Assembly (NCBI RefSeq): GCF_018350175.1 | Contig: NC_058368.1 | Coordinates: 23,996,001 to 24,060,000 of the forward strand | Source: Felis catus | Lineage: Eukaryota | Reading direction: 5' to 3' | DNA: 64,000 nucleotides | Part shown: piece by piece, positions 50,330-62,993 of the stretch | Layout: each line of letters opens with the position of its first letter | Numbering within the stretch: position 1 is the first letter of the stretch | Notes under the pieces: model-generated | Told to the model about the DNA's origin: nothing | The model's input: only the letters and a program-made list of their open reading frames with translations | Databases searched by the model: none | Made by a program: the position numbers and the translations under genes

Positions 50330-50485
50330 ACTTGCATAGCACTCAGTTTATAAAGCATTTTAACGCATATCATCTCATTTTACCTTCTGAACACCACCCT
50401 GATATGGACAGATAATACTGTCCACATTTTATAAAAGAGGAGAAAGTGAGGCTCAGAAATGGTAAGTGATTTATCCAAACTCATA
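50330..50485. mobile_element. MIR SINE remnant
   Basis: tcagtttataaagcatttt...atctcattt...cacattttataaaagaggagaaagtgaggctcagaaatggtaagtgatttatccaa. Confidence 0.75.
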
Positions 50486-50940
50486 CTCAGTACTGCCTCT
50501 GTTCTGCCCCACCAGCGCCCTCCACAAAATGTTGGTACAGACGGGACTATCAGAGCTGATCCTTTCACATCTGGGCTTTCCCACCCCCCAGTCCTTCAGA
50601 GTCAGGTATTTTAAGATTTTGGGACCTAGCACAGGCCTTAAGAAATTAACAAGGTTATGTTTCTTTACTGGAAGTTAATTTCTCCTCTCATTCCCTTTGC
50701 AATCCATAAGGTATAAGTAACATAAAGATGCTTATTGCAATCAGCAACCTGAAAGACTGATGAGTGGTGAGTAAGACCCTGGATGGCAACCAATGGTCAT
50801 TTCCACTCTATGTACCTTGGGTTTTTTCACAAATGCAACAGACATTTGGCTTTTGCCTTATTTGTCTACTTCCTTATGTAACTGACTTTAGGCGATTATA
50901 TAACATGAAGAGTGTGATTCAGTACGCTGTTATTTCCTAC

Positions 50941-51030
50941 TTAGTATTATCAGAAGCCATCAAAGAAAACACCGTCGGTACACTCCAGAAAGCGATCTTT
51001 TGATATTCTATTTATAAATCTTGCATTTTC
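50941..51030 (-). other. Candidate exon (good acceptor, donor uncertain)
   Basis: Minus-strand acceptor ttttagttttgattccttttcacag at 51031; CpG-containing body; possible donors AA|GTAGGA (50940) or AAG|GTACAT (50815). Confidence 0.25.
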
Positions 51031-52739
51031 CTGTGAAAAGGAATCAAAACTAAAATTGTCACACATAAGATTGTAAAGTGGTAATTATTGATTTTTATGA
51101 AAAACATTCATCTCCAGAATGTTTTATGTGACTGAAAGCTAAGCAAAAAAAAAAAAATTATATATATTATAATTATATATAATTATATATATGATAATAT
51201 ATATATAAAATGAAACTCAAGATCCATGTACAACAGATGTGCCACAGATAACATTACCTAAGACATCAGCCTGGACACTTAATAGCTACTTCCTTAAAAT
51301 TCTTCCGCAAAATGCTATTAAAAGAGAACATTAAGTTTTATTCATGAGTATTGGTATAGTGTACATGTAAAATAATCCTGTAGATTTTCTCCCTACAAAT
51401 TCTGTAGTAGTACATGTAAAAATATGTTGGGAACTGAAGGAAAAAATCTTTTTCCTCAGTGAACAGAGAGAACCATTAAAAGTTACGGATGTGCTTCCCA
51501 AGAAAATCTGAAGCATCCCAAAGAACTGTTTATAAAACCAACCAAAGAAGAGGAATAAAAACCGCTAAACACAGGGAGTTCACCAAAGATGGTTTGTTTT
51601 CCTTGGTTTCTGGGGGGCTTTTGATCCTGTGAGGATTACTTGCCAGTGCCTTTGTGCAAAGTTAGAATCACAATGACTTTCTTCTTTTCCTAAGATTTAT
51701 CTGTTTACCTAAGGCCAGCAACCATTCAATTGCCACTACTCCAGAATCGTATCTCAAACTCCTAGCCATTTGCCAAGACTTTCCTTTTTTTTTTTTTTAA
51801 CCCTTGCCAGCTTCCTTGGTTCTTCCCTCTTATTTAGGAAGTCCAATCTTTGAGAATTGTTTTACATGGATGTATTTTGCTACCTGATTGATGCAATCAA
51901 CAACCTCATCCCTAAAGACTGCTTCCTTTGTGTATCACCATCTCCCACCCCACTGTCTTCACAGCAAAGTTTCCTTATCCATTATGGGAGTACAGGATAG
52001 TAGCATTTGAACCACAAATTTTAAATTATCAGCTTATGTTAAGAATTTAGCACCTAAACGGTTACAGACAAACCATTATCTGCCAAAAGAATGCTCTCAA
52101 GTTGAAAGGAAGCCCTACTTTGTACTTATGAGAGATTAACTTGAAGTGTTCAACCAAATCACAAGTTCTGCAAGCATTTGCTTTCTTTTTCAACATACAG
52201 ATCTAGGTCTCCACAGAGTTTGTGGTCACGTCTATTTTGAAGCCTAAGCCCTACGTTCATCTTTGCATAACTAATTTCTAAACTTGTAGGTACACCAAGA
52301 GAAGGGTCAGAGGAAAATAAAAAAAAATAATTCATGGCTTGGACAAAATCATTACTTCAGGAAGGTTACAGCAATTTTCAGGTGTACAAGGTGTCCTAGC
52401 AAGTCGAAGGGAATTTCATGGCCACATATCTCCTAAACGAAAATGTGAGACAGACTTAACAACATCTTTGCTGGGTTAAAAGGAAATGAACCAAAGGTAG
52501 GGCTTTTCTTTATCAGAAACAAAAAAAATTCAAGCTTTCTTGGTGCCCAAATTTGATCATACTGGAACTTCCATCTTCATAGGTCAATATAAAGAGAAGA
52601 CTGTCAAAGAATAAAAGAAAAAAATATATAGTACAGGGCACCTATATGCCAAGCCCCCTAACAAGATTCAAATCTACAACTTACATGGGCTTCCAAATAG
52701 GCACAGACACTAGAATAAACTTATCAGAATGTAATGGGA

Positions 52740-52920
52740 GTCAGAAAGCAGCCGACTTTTGACTTCATCTCATGATCACGGTTTGTGGGATTGAGCCCCA
52801 CGGTGGGCTCTGTGCTGACATGTGGAGCCTACTTAGGATTCTCTCCCTCTCTCTCTCTCTGCCCTCCCCCTCTTGCATGCACACACACACATTCTCTCTC
52901 AAAATAAACATTTTTTAAAA
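52740..52920 (+). mobile_element. Degraded carnivore SINE (SINEC)
   Basis: tcatgatcacggtttgtgggattgagcccc...gggctctgtgctgac...ctctctcaaaataaacatt. Confidence 0.85.
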
Positions 52921-52974
52921 GGTAATAGGCAAAAAAGGGGAACAGCAAAAATATCTTAAGATCTAAATAACCCA

Positions 52975-53150
52975 AGTAAAATGTTATGAAGCCTGAGACT
53001 TCTTTAACATATCCAAGAGAAGTCAGAGAGGGACAGAAAATTGGCCATGAGTTGCTAATTGATTAAACTGGGTGATGTATACCTGTATTTCATTACAAGT
53101 ACTCCTTTCCCTACTTTTATCGGAAAATAATAAGTAAAAAAAAATACTAG
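52975..53150 (+). mobile_element. Old L1MC-like 3'UTR remnant
   Basis: attggccatgagttgctaattgattaaactgggtgatg...ttcattac. Confidence 0.55.
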
Positions 53151-53499
53151 TTTGATAGATTTATAAAGAGAGCAAGACTGAGATCTGCACTTTATAGGAT
53201 AACTGGTCAAAAAGAATAATTAAAATGATTGCAATGCCCTTTAAAACTAAAATGGTACCCAGACCCAATCCAGATGTAGTACGTGCCAAGTGAAAACCCA
53301 AGATTAATTCTGATCACTGTACCTTAAATTATTTGCTCAAAATTGGTTCCTAGTTGTATAGGAAGTGACTGAATATATCCATCTGTTAAAGTACAATTTA
53401 TTTTTCTGATTTCTGGAGAAGATGTGTGATGTATAATTGCTTTAAGTGGATTAAGTCCTGAGTTCAACCTTCACACTTTGAGAGACCAAATATTCTGTT

Positions 53500-53845
53500 T
53501 GTTGAGAGATCATTCTCCACCAGATTTTTTGTTTGTTTCTATGTCTTGCCAACAAAGACGCAGACTATTCTTTAAGATTATCTTTTCAAGGATTTTTGTG
53601 TAGGAACAGCCTTGAAAGATAGAAATAATTTCTCCCTCTGAATAAAAGAGCCAACAGGTCTACCTCCTATTATTAAAGTTTGGGGTTCCTCAGACTCAGG
53701 TTTCTAACACAACTTGTGAGGACTGGGTCTCAGCAAATCGTCATGCCTGAGTATGATGCTCAAGATCGCTAGCGCCAACAAAACAGTAAGAAGATAATAC
53801 ATTAGCTTGCTAGTAGAATAAAATCTTAGGCCCTTCACAAATCTG
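53500..53845 (+). mobile_element. Degraded ERV1-class solo LTR (MER67/MER90-like)
   Basis: tgttgagagatcattctcca...tatcttttcaagga...gaacagccttgaaagatag...ttagcttgctagtagaataaaatcttaggcccttcaca. Confidence 0.65.
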
Positions 53846-55302
53846 GAGCCTGCTAAATTGAAATGGTAAATATACTGTGCCTGGCATGAAAGTGACCTGT
53901 ACTGAGCCTGAATGCTAAGGAGGCTTCAACTGAATTCGTTTTAAAGGACTCTAGTTAAACATTAGCAATGCCTGCCAAGCAAGCCAGCAGGTAAGCTGCA
54001 GTGTGCACACCATTAATGCTGACAAAGTTACTTGTGTCAGTGCCAGCCACATAGAAAATGCTCAGTAAATGATTACTAAACTGAAATGCTTGCTAAAATT
54101 CTAGAATTTAATTCTAAATTTTAGTGTTTTGAACCCTGAAGAGTCACATATAAATTTTGGCACTAAGTTTGATTTTTTTTAATTAGAGTTTCTTTAAAAA
54201 TTAAGTAGAAAAACAAGGAAGGCATTTTACATTCCACAAGATAAAAGTACTGCAACTCCTTTTAAAAACTAGGAACTTCAAATTCTCATTGCTATTCAAC
54301 GATAATTAGAAAAAACAAATTATCCTAAGTAATCTTTATTAAGTTCTAAATAACTTTAAAAGATGCTAAAATTGAAGTCTCATATGTTACATCAAAATGT
54401 TTGCCAACTTCTCATGCATCTACAATGTCTTAATTTTCTTGGTATATATACATAGCCAAGGTTTTCAAAATAATTTGGAGACAATGTATTTAGGGTCAAA
54501 CCAGGACAGGTGTTCCAACAACACTGATAAAGGGGATACTTTTTATTATCCATGATGAATAAGGTACTTCTTCTCAATGGGTTAATCAAGAGATTTTAAG
54601 GAGGGAAAAATGGCTTGACTTTGGATTTCTCTACCATTGCACTTACTTGACACAAGTTCATTTCCTAGAATGCCATAAAGATGACACCAAAAAATGGAAG
54701 AAAAGGGGAAATCTTACTACACCCAATCCTAAGAGTACAACACCTTTAATTAGCCCTTTTTTAGTGAAGCTTTTAGTTGGTAAGTCCACAGACCTGCAAA
54801 CCTGCTGTTTCTACCAAAGGGGTGTGTAAAGATGGGATATTAATTTTACTTTAGTGGATGTAGGCCTGGACGCTCCCACTACCCCCTCACTTCAAAAAAG
54901 AGAAGGAGAAGGTGTCAGTGGCAATGGCCATTAAAAAGTATGAGTGTCAATTTATTATGCATTTCACATGTTGTTATTCACTGTTTAGAAATTGTTATAA
55001 ACACATTTTTTGCTTGACGGCATTTGATTTCAAGCATGTACAATAAATCCTCAGCAGAAACTCCGATTAAATGATCACGGTTTGAGATATTCCCAAGATT
55101 CCTGCTTCAAGTAGGTAAACTACTTACTAAATTGGGCAAGACTGTGGGAATAATAGGGAGGAAAGACCTTATGTAATATATAAGTGAAGATAAAATATGA
55201 AATTGAAGTAAACATGAACTATATATTTTTAAGACGTCCAGCATCATGGAGATGCCTTCAATGAAGATAATTTGAGATTTGTCAAAATACAGATAGAATC
55301 TA

Positions 55303-55623
<321 letters not shown>

Positions 55624-57152
55624 ATCTAAAGCCCTGATAATGAAAATAACTACAGAATGAGAGAAAGGATTTCTGTACTGAGTCATATATTACTCCAATA
55701 CTGCAGTCTGGTAGCAGGAGCTAAGGAAATAGAAAAGGGATGTCCAGTGAACAAGGATATATCAAGGAGATGGTCTCAAAGATGGAGGAACCAATGTCAA
55801 TCAGTTTTTGATGGGTTATCCAGAATAAGAAGTTAAAGGATTTTCAAAGATGGACTTATCTAGTAACCTTGGGGGGAAAAAGTTTCTATATATGGAAAGA
55901 AAAAAATGAGTACAATAATGAAAAAGCACACAAGGAAGGAAAATGTGTAGACAAAATTTTTGAGAATTTAGGCAACAGAGAATAATGAAATAGTTGAAGG
56001 GGAAGAGAGTGTCAATGAAGGGTCTTTTGTGACTGAAATAATAGAAGTTGAATATACAGAAAAGACGGGCTAGGATAATGAAAATGGAAGGGATCCTAAG
56101 CACACATGGTCATTTTATATGCAGGAGCAAAGGATAAGTGGATGAAGGTACATTCACATATGTAGATTTAAAGATGGCAGGATGTGGACATAGCTCAGTA
56201 ACAATATTTTCTTCAGTGACATAGAAAACAAGGTATCAGATAAAATGATGATTGGGGTCTAAATGCAAATTTTGGGAAGAGAGTTACAGTATGCAATTGT
56301 CATTACAGGGGATGGAAGAGTGAGCTTCTTAGAGAAATAGATTTGTAGTAATAGGACTGCTCAGCATTGGCAGCTAACATGGCTTTACGGTATACTATTT
56401 CCCTTCACATGCATGGCATCTCCTTTTAATGAAACAAAGAGTTTATTTAAATAGGTCGGTTATACTTTATGGCAATGGTATGTTATAGTGTTATTCTTAA
56501 TTTTGGCAGCTTTCAACTATTTTATTTTCCCTTTGTACATGTCAAGGATTGATTGACTAGTTCTAGATTATTTTGAACCTTTAGGTCCTCAGAGATTTAG
56601 AAGTAGTAGCCAAGTTAGGGTCAAGATTCCCTGGAAGTCTGGTACTGAAGCGATAGCTTCACTGAGGCATGTAATTTTGGGCCTCACCATCCACAGAACT
56701 AGGTAAATGATGACTCTGAGACAAGGTAATGCTCTTGGGCTTTTGCGCAGGGATTTGTAAGGAAGGTGGAAAAGTAAGAATTTGGTGATCACTGATATTA
56801 GCCTTTTTCAGCAACTGAAAGCAGACTAACCATGTTACTAAAGAACATACCTGGAACAAAGCAATACTAAGGCATAAAAGAGACTGGCCAAGACTTCATG
56901 TCTCCTGCTGCTCTCATTAAGGGCTTTTTATGCAGAGACACCTTCTGTTTTTGCAAAAGTCAACATGTTTTCACCCCATGACCCTGTCCTCTGGTGATAG
57001 ACAGCTGAATTAGTATAGGACTATGACCTAGTAGTGGCCTACAATGACACTGGACATGAATCTCGGAGTAAAAGTGCTGAAAGATAACTAGTTTTAACAA
57101 TCATGTACTCGTTTTTGAGATTTTTTTCTTAAATTAACAACAAAAAGAAAGA

Positions 57153-58185
57153 CTCTGATATAAGCCATGGCAACATTTTTCTAAATATGTCTCCTGACAC
57201 AAAGCAAGCAAAAAAAGCTTCTGAACAGAAAGGAAACGATCAACAAAACAAACAAACAACAACAAAGACACAACCTCCTGAATGGGAGAAGACATTTCCA
57301 AGCGATATATCCAATAAAGGCTTAGTATCCAAAATATAAAAAGAACTTCTATAACTCAAAACCAAAACAAAAGAAGATCCAATTTAAAATGGGAAGAAGA
57401 CACAGACACTTATCCAAAGATAGCATACAGATAGCCAATAGACACATAAAAAGATTCTCATCACTCATCATCAGTGAAATGCCAATCAAAATCACAGTGA
57501 GATATCACACCACACCTGTCAGCATGGCTAAAACCAAAAGACACATGAAACAAGTGTTGGCAAGGATGTGGAGAAAAATGAAACTTTATGCGCTTTTGGT
57601 GGGAACACAAACTGGTACAGCCGCTTTGGAAAAGAGAATGAAGATTCCTCAAAATGTTAATAACGCAATTACTATATGATCCAGGAATTCTACTTTGGGT
57701 ATTTATCCAAAGAACATGAAAACACTAATTCAAACAGATACATGCATCCCTATGTTTATTGCAGTGTTATTTACAACAGCCAAATTATGGAAACAACCCA
57801 TGTGTCCATCGACAGATGCATGGATAAAGAATAGTATACACGTAACATGGAGCATTACTTAGCCATGAAAAATGAAAAGCTGCTATTTCCAACAACATGG
57901 ATGGATCTAGAGGATATAACGTCAACTGAAGTCAGTCAGAGAAAGACAAATACCATATGATATCACTCATGTGGAATTTAAGAAATAAAAGAGAAACCAA
58001 AAAAATAGGCTTTTAAATATAGAGAATTGATGGTTACCACAGGGGGGTGAATGAGAGGATAGGTGAAATAGATGAAAGGCATTAGGAGTATACTTACCAT
58101 GGTTGGCAATGAGTAACGTATAGAAATGTTGAATTGTACACCTGATGCTACTGTAACACTGTGTTAATTACGCAGGAATTAGAAT
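57153..58185 (+). mobile_element. 5'-truncated carnivore L1 3' portion
   Basis: ORF2 C-terminus remnants (57389-57679) and 3'UTR similar to 37860-38270. Confidence 0.9.
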
Positions 58186-58424
58186 TTTTTTTTATGTTTT
58201 TAAACGAGCAAGCTGAGCTATTAGTGGAGAGAACAAAAGCCAAATGATATACAGATGTTTGCAGGAAGAACAGTAACAATAGAACACAGAAATCTGTTAA
58301 TTCCTGGTATCAAGTGATAACTTGGTTGTATGTGTCTATTTCTTATCAGCACCTGAGAATTCTGAGAATCTTTCTCATAGTACAAAAATCGACTTAAGGA
58401 CTACCTTCCACATTCTTGAGATAG

Positions 58425-58888
58425 ACTGTTACAAATGGGCCTGTAAAGATTCCCACCTTCCTATGTGCATGACATGTGTCATCTGCTCCTCCATTGACCC
58501 CAGTTATCCATGTGAGCCGTGGAACATTAGCAAGCAGGATGTCATCTGAGGCTTGATGCAGATTTATACAGTGAGGCTTGTCTTTTTTCAAACACTTTCC
58601 CTTGAAAGCCAGGCACTATGGCATAAAGGAGCTAAAATTAGACTACTGAATGGTGACAGGCCATATGGAGAGAAGCCCCAAAGGATGAGAGGCCATCTTG
58701 TATGTTCCAACACCAGTAAGTTCCCAGGTGAATCTGTCATGTGAGTGACCCCAACTATACTGATATGTAGCTCAAGAATACTTAGCTGAGCCAGTAACCC
58801 ACGCAATTATGACAACCAACTGCAATTGTTACTAAGCCAGTGGGTTTTTCAAGGTGTTTTTTTTTTTACACAATGGATTATTGAAACA
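58425..58888 (+). mobile_element. Old MaLR LTR (MLT1G/H-like)
   Basis: tgttacaaatgg...gacaggccatatggagagaagccc...gaggccatcttg...tagctgagcc...ctaagccag...tgaaaca. Confidence 0.65.
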
Positions 58889-59138
58889 CATTAACTTGGA
58901 TAAACTTCCATAAACAGCTGCTCTATTCAAAGACAGAAGCAAACATACTAGATTAGAAATTCGAGAAACCTGAATTAGAGTTCTTACTCTATTACTTAAC
59001 TTCTGTAAGTAAGGTTTTCTAGGCTCATTTTTTTTTTTCCTATCAGCACTTCTGTCCTGCCTGCCCTAATAGATCGTCCTCACATGTTCCAAGAGCTCAG
59101 TAAATACTTACGTACTAAGTACAAGAATGAGTGAAATC

Positions 59139-59524
59139 TGTGCCAGTTTGCTAGGACTGCCATAATAAAATACAAGACTTGTGGTTTAAACAACCGCAAT
59201 TAATTTTCTCACATTGCTGGAGGCTACAAGTCCAAGATCAAGGTGTCAGCAGATTTGGTTTCTCCTGAGGCCTCTGTCCTTGGCTTGCAGATGACCACCT
59301 TCTTCCTATGTGCTTACATTGCTTTTTCTATGTGTGCACACATCCCTGGTGTCTCTCTCTCTTCTTACAAGGACACAAGTCCTACTGGATTAAGTCCCTA
59401 ATGACCTCAGTAACTTGGTCATCTCTTTGAAGGCCCTATCTGCAAAAACGGTTACATTCTCAAGTAATGAGGGTTGGGACTTCAACATGTGAATTTTGAG
59501 AGGGACCCAATTCAGCCCCTAACA
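59139..59524 (-). mobile_element. MaLR solo LTR (MLT1A/B-like)
   Basis: tgtgccagtttgctaggactgccataataaaatac...aagtccaagatcaaggtgtcagcag...ggacttcaacatgtgaatttt...aattcagcccctaaca. Confidence 0.9.
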
Positions 59525-59779
59525 ATAGTCTAATATAAATGACCTTAGGAACTCTGAATAATTATGCAAATATCCAATTCTGCTATTAAGTTTCCAGAAG
59601 CAAGAAACAAAGCCCATAATAAAAGACTTGAGAAATGATACAAGGGAACTCTATCCTGAACCACAGGTAATACATAAGTGGTACTGAGTTTGTTAATGTC
59701 AGGTAGCAACTACTGATTTCCTGTTTCTGCATGGTCACAGCTTCCTGGGAAAAGAGTGGTGGCAGCCTGGTTAAAGGAT

Positions 59780-60245
59780 GGTAAATGACAAACAAGTCTG
59801 AGAAGTTAAACATAGAGCTAGCTGGAGAAATTTACTAGTTTCTCTTCCCAGGAGCCATTTGTTTACATTCCACAGAGTAACAGACCTAGGCACTTTGGTT
59901 GGTCTCTTTAGAAAGGATTTGTTTACATTCCACAGGATAAAAGCTAAAAAGTATTCTTTCTGTCTGAAAGTGACAAGAGATAGCTGTGCAAGCAGTTCCT
60001 CTATAAACTCCAAAATTTCTCATCTTAGACCTCCTCTCCTTAAAACCACTGTGTATGCAGGAGATAGCTGGCTTTACCATGTTGTTTCTAGAGAGAATGG
60101 GTCCCAGGAATGGGCACAGATGTTCTGTAACTAAATAATGCTTCTGTTCTCTATTCCAGAAACCTCATGTTTCCTGTCAAGGTAAAATAAATACACACAC
60201 ACACACACACAGTAGGTAAAAATACTTTAAACATTTCTTTAATAG
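59780..60245 (+). mobile_element. Degraded ERV1-class LTR (MER89/MER110-like)
   Basis: gtttacattcc repeats, gagatagc...ctataaa, accactgtgtatgcag, ccagaaacctcatgtttcctgtca, agtaggtaaaaat; architecture shared with 53500-53845. Confidence 0.5.
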
Positions 60246-61186
60246 TATATCATCAAATACTAGAGCCTTAACAATTTTCCCCCTTTCAGACAGAGAAGTC
60301 CATCCACTAAAGTGGCTTTTTATTTTTTAATCTTTAGTTTTTAAAAATCTTGGACAGCTTTTTACTGGTCCAAATTTTTAGCTTATCTTTTACAATAAGC
60401 ACAAGAAATTATCTTATCGAGAGGCTTCTGGTTTTGTTGGTGTGAAGGTAATATGAGAACAAGGATCAGGGTTGTTTGTGGGACATTCTATCGACATGTT
60501 GCCTGAAACTCACCCTGTTGTCTTTAAACTGGTGCCTAACACTAAAACTTCCGACAAATACATCCCCAACTCTGGGCTAATAAGACAGACAGCCCTACCA
60601 ATATTCTCATTAATTTTTTTTTATCTTGTGCAGATTTTAATTAGAAAAAGATAATATCAACTATTATAATTTTTTTTAAAGCCTTGACTCCAAGGTGACA
60701 GAGTAGTGGTACTTTCAGTTGCTCCTCCAACTGCGCAACTTTTCTGCTCTTTCAAATCTCATGACAAATATGATAGACTCCCTTGCTTCAGCAGCCTCTT
60801 ACATCCTTTAGCAAATGCCTAATAAAAAAGTTAATGAAATTAAAGTGCTGCTGAAGTAAATGTATTTAAAGAAAGTATATCCTTACATTTGGCAACAGAC
60901 TCATTGACCACAGATAAACACCAAGGCAAACTTCTCAGGGATTATCTTCAAATGCAATCCACTTTCTACCTACTAATCATGTGTTTCTAAAACTTCTCTC
61001 AGGTTTGACTTTGAGAGGACCTTGGGTTATCTAAACCAATTATCTGTCAAAATTTACATATTCTCGTAGATGAATGTGCCTCCTAAATAAACAAGTAAGA
61101 TGGGTTCATGATCTTAGAAATGCACTTATTCCATCAACGACACTCTCTCATTGTTAGAAAATCCTTCTTTATGTTGAACCAAAATT

Positions 61187-61371
61187 GGGGGGCCTCGGCA
61201 CAGTCGGTTAAGCTTCCAACTCTTGGTTTCAGCTCAGGTTATGATTTCATGGCTTCGTGGGTTTGAGGCCCCTCAGACTCTGTGCCGACAGCTCCGAGCC
61301 TGCTTGGGATTCTCTCCGCCCCTCCCCCACTCATGCTGTCTCTCTCAAAATAAACATTAAAAAAAAAAAAA
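61187..61371 (+). mobile_element. Carnivore SINE (SINEC)
   Basis: TSD ttgaaccaaaatt on both sides. Confidence 0.92.
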
Positions 61372-61944
61372 TTGAACCAAAATTTACATTTCCAAAAATA
61401 CATCTATTGATCCTAAGTCTGGCCTATGAATCATAAAAAATTAAGTCCTTTTTCCCCCACTAATTATCTCTTCAGATAATTGAAGGTCATTGCCATGTCT
61501 GTTTTAACCTTCTTCTTCAGTTAGTTATTGATTCTAATGCCCCAATCAGTGTTCCTTCATGCTCTTTTGGATCAAAGTTTTCTACACTTTGGACTCATCT
61601 GACGATGCCTCGACACCTACACCAAGATCAAACTCTACAGCATTAAGCGGGTTTATCTTTCAAATATTACAGACACCTGGCCTTGGGACCTACAAGCTTT
61701 TCAGAGCTTAATATATGTAAAAGTGAGTATTGACTCCAAAGTATTAAGAAAACTTTAAAAACTGAAATATAATAGGTTAGATATCCACAAAACCTATCGC
61801 TTGCCAGATTAAATTTATGTTCATTACAAAATAATTACATATGCAAACAATGAGTAGGTTTTTCTCACTTGCCAGTAATTTCCAAATATGCACAATTGTA
61901 GAGAAATGAGAGCTCGTTATAAATTATTAGAGTCAAATCTCTTT

Positions 61945-62157
61945 AAAAAAATTTTTATTAGTTTTCTTTTGAGAGGCAGAGAGAGACAGAGCACAAGTGG
62001 GGGAGGGGCAGAGAGAGAGGAAGACACAGAATCTGACATAGGCTCCTGGCTCTGAGCTGTCAGCACAGAGCCCAAAGCGAGCCCAAACTCACGAACCGTG
62101 AGATCTGACCTGAGCCTAAGTCGAATGCTCAACCCACTGAGCCACCCAGGCGCACCT
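61945..62157 (-). mobile_element. Carnivore SINE (SINEC)
   Basis: TSD agtcaaatctcttta/agccaaatctcttta. Confidence 0.93.
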
Positions 62158-62190
62158 AGCCAAATCTCTTTAGAAGTCAAAAGCAGATCT

Positions 62191-62412
62191 GCGGGTGCCT
62201 GGGTGGCTCAGTGGGTTGTTTGAGTGTCAGAAGTAGGCTCAGGTCACAATCTTGCCATTTTTGAGTTCAAGCCCCACGTGGGGCTTTAGGCTGACGGCTC
62301 AGAACCTGGAGCCCTTTCAGATTCTGTTCCTCCCTGTCTGTGCCCATCCCCTGCTTGCGCACACTCTCTCAAAATTAAGTAAACATTAAAAATTTTTTTA
62401 ATTAAAACATTT
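62191..62412 (+). mobile_element. Carnivore SINE (SINEC)
   Basis: TSD aagtcaaaagcagatct/aagtcaaaagcaaatct. Confidence 0.92.
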
Positions 62413-62948
62413 AAAAGTCAAAAGCAAATCTCAAAAATCTTCACAAGACATAAACAATTTACATGTATACAATCTTAATGATATTTGCATTTTGACTTAA
62501 AAGTCAAGGAATTCGACAGAATTTTAAGAATCTATAAAGGTCTTAAAAGTGGCCCTTAAAATTATAAAGGAAAACCTCAGTAAGAATCACCTGAGGGATT
62601 TATCTTGCATGCAGTGTTCTGGACCCACTCAGCCCTAAGAGTCCAGTGTTTCAGGGCTGACTTTAATCACAAACTTCCAGGTCCTATCCCTAACTTTTGC
62701 TGATTATTTAGTCACCCTTATCTGACTTCTGACCTGCAACCTGTTTCCGATCAATTACACTGACATTTATATCCCTCCACTAGCTGTAAGCACTCAGTCC
62801 TCACATTACTGCTCGAGGTCCCAACTATAGACCAAAAATAAACAAAGAGATTTTAATTTAAATTGTATCCACAATATATACCAATAGAAAAGTGACAAGG
62901 CAAATTGTCAAAGTAAAATCTTTCCCAGCAGCCGCAGTACTAAAGTGT

Positions 62949-62993
62949 AATTATATATAAATTATATATAAATTATATATATATATATATATA
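62949..62993. repeat. (AATTATATATA)n / (TA)n AT-rich repeat
   Basis: Seen directly. Confidence 0.85.

Noticed and set aside
54096..54109. 14-bp palindrome aaattctagaattt
   Set aside because: Short AT-rich palindrome expected at background frequency in 64 kb.
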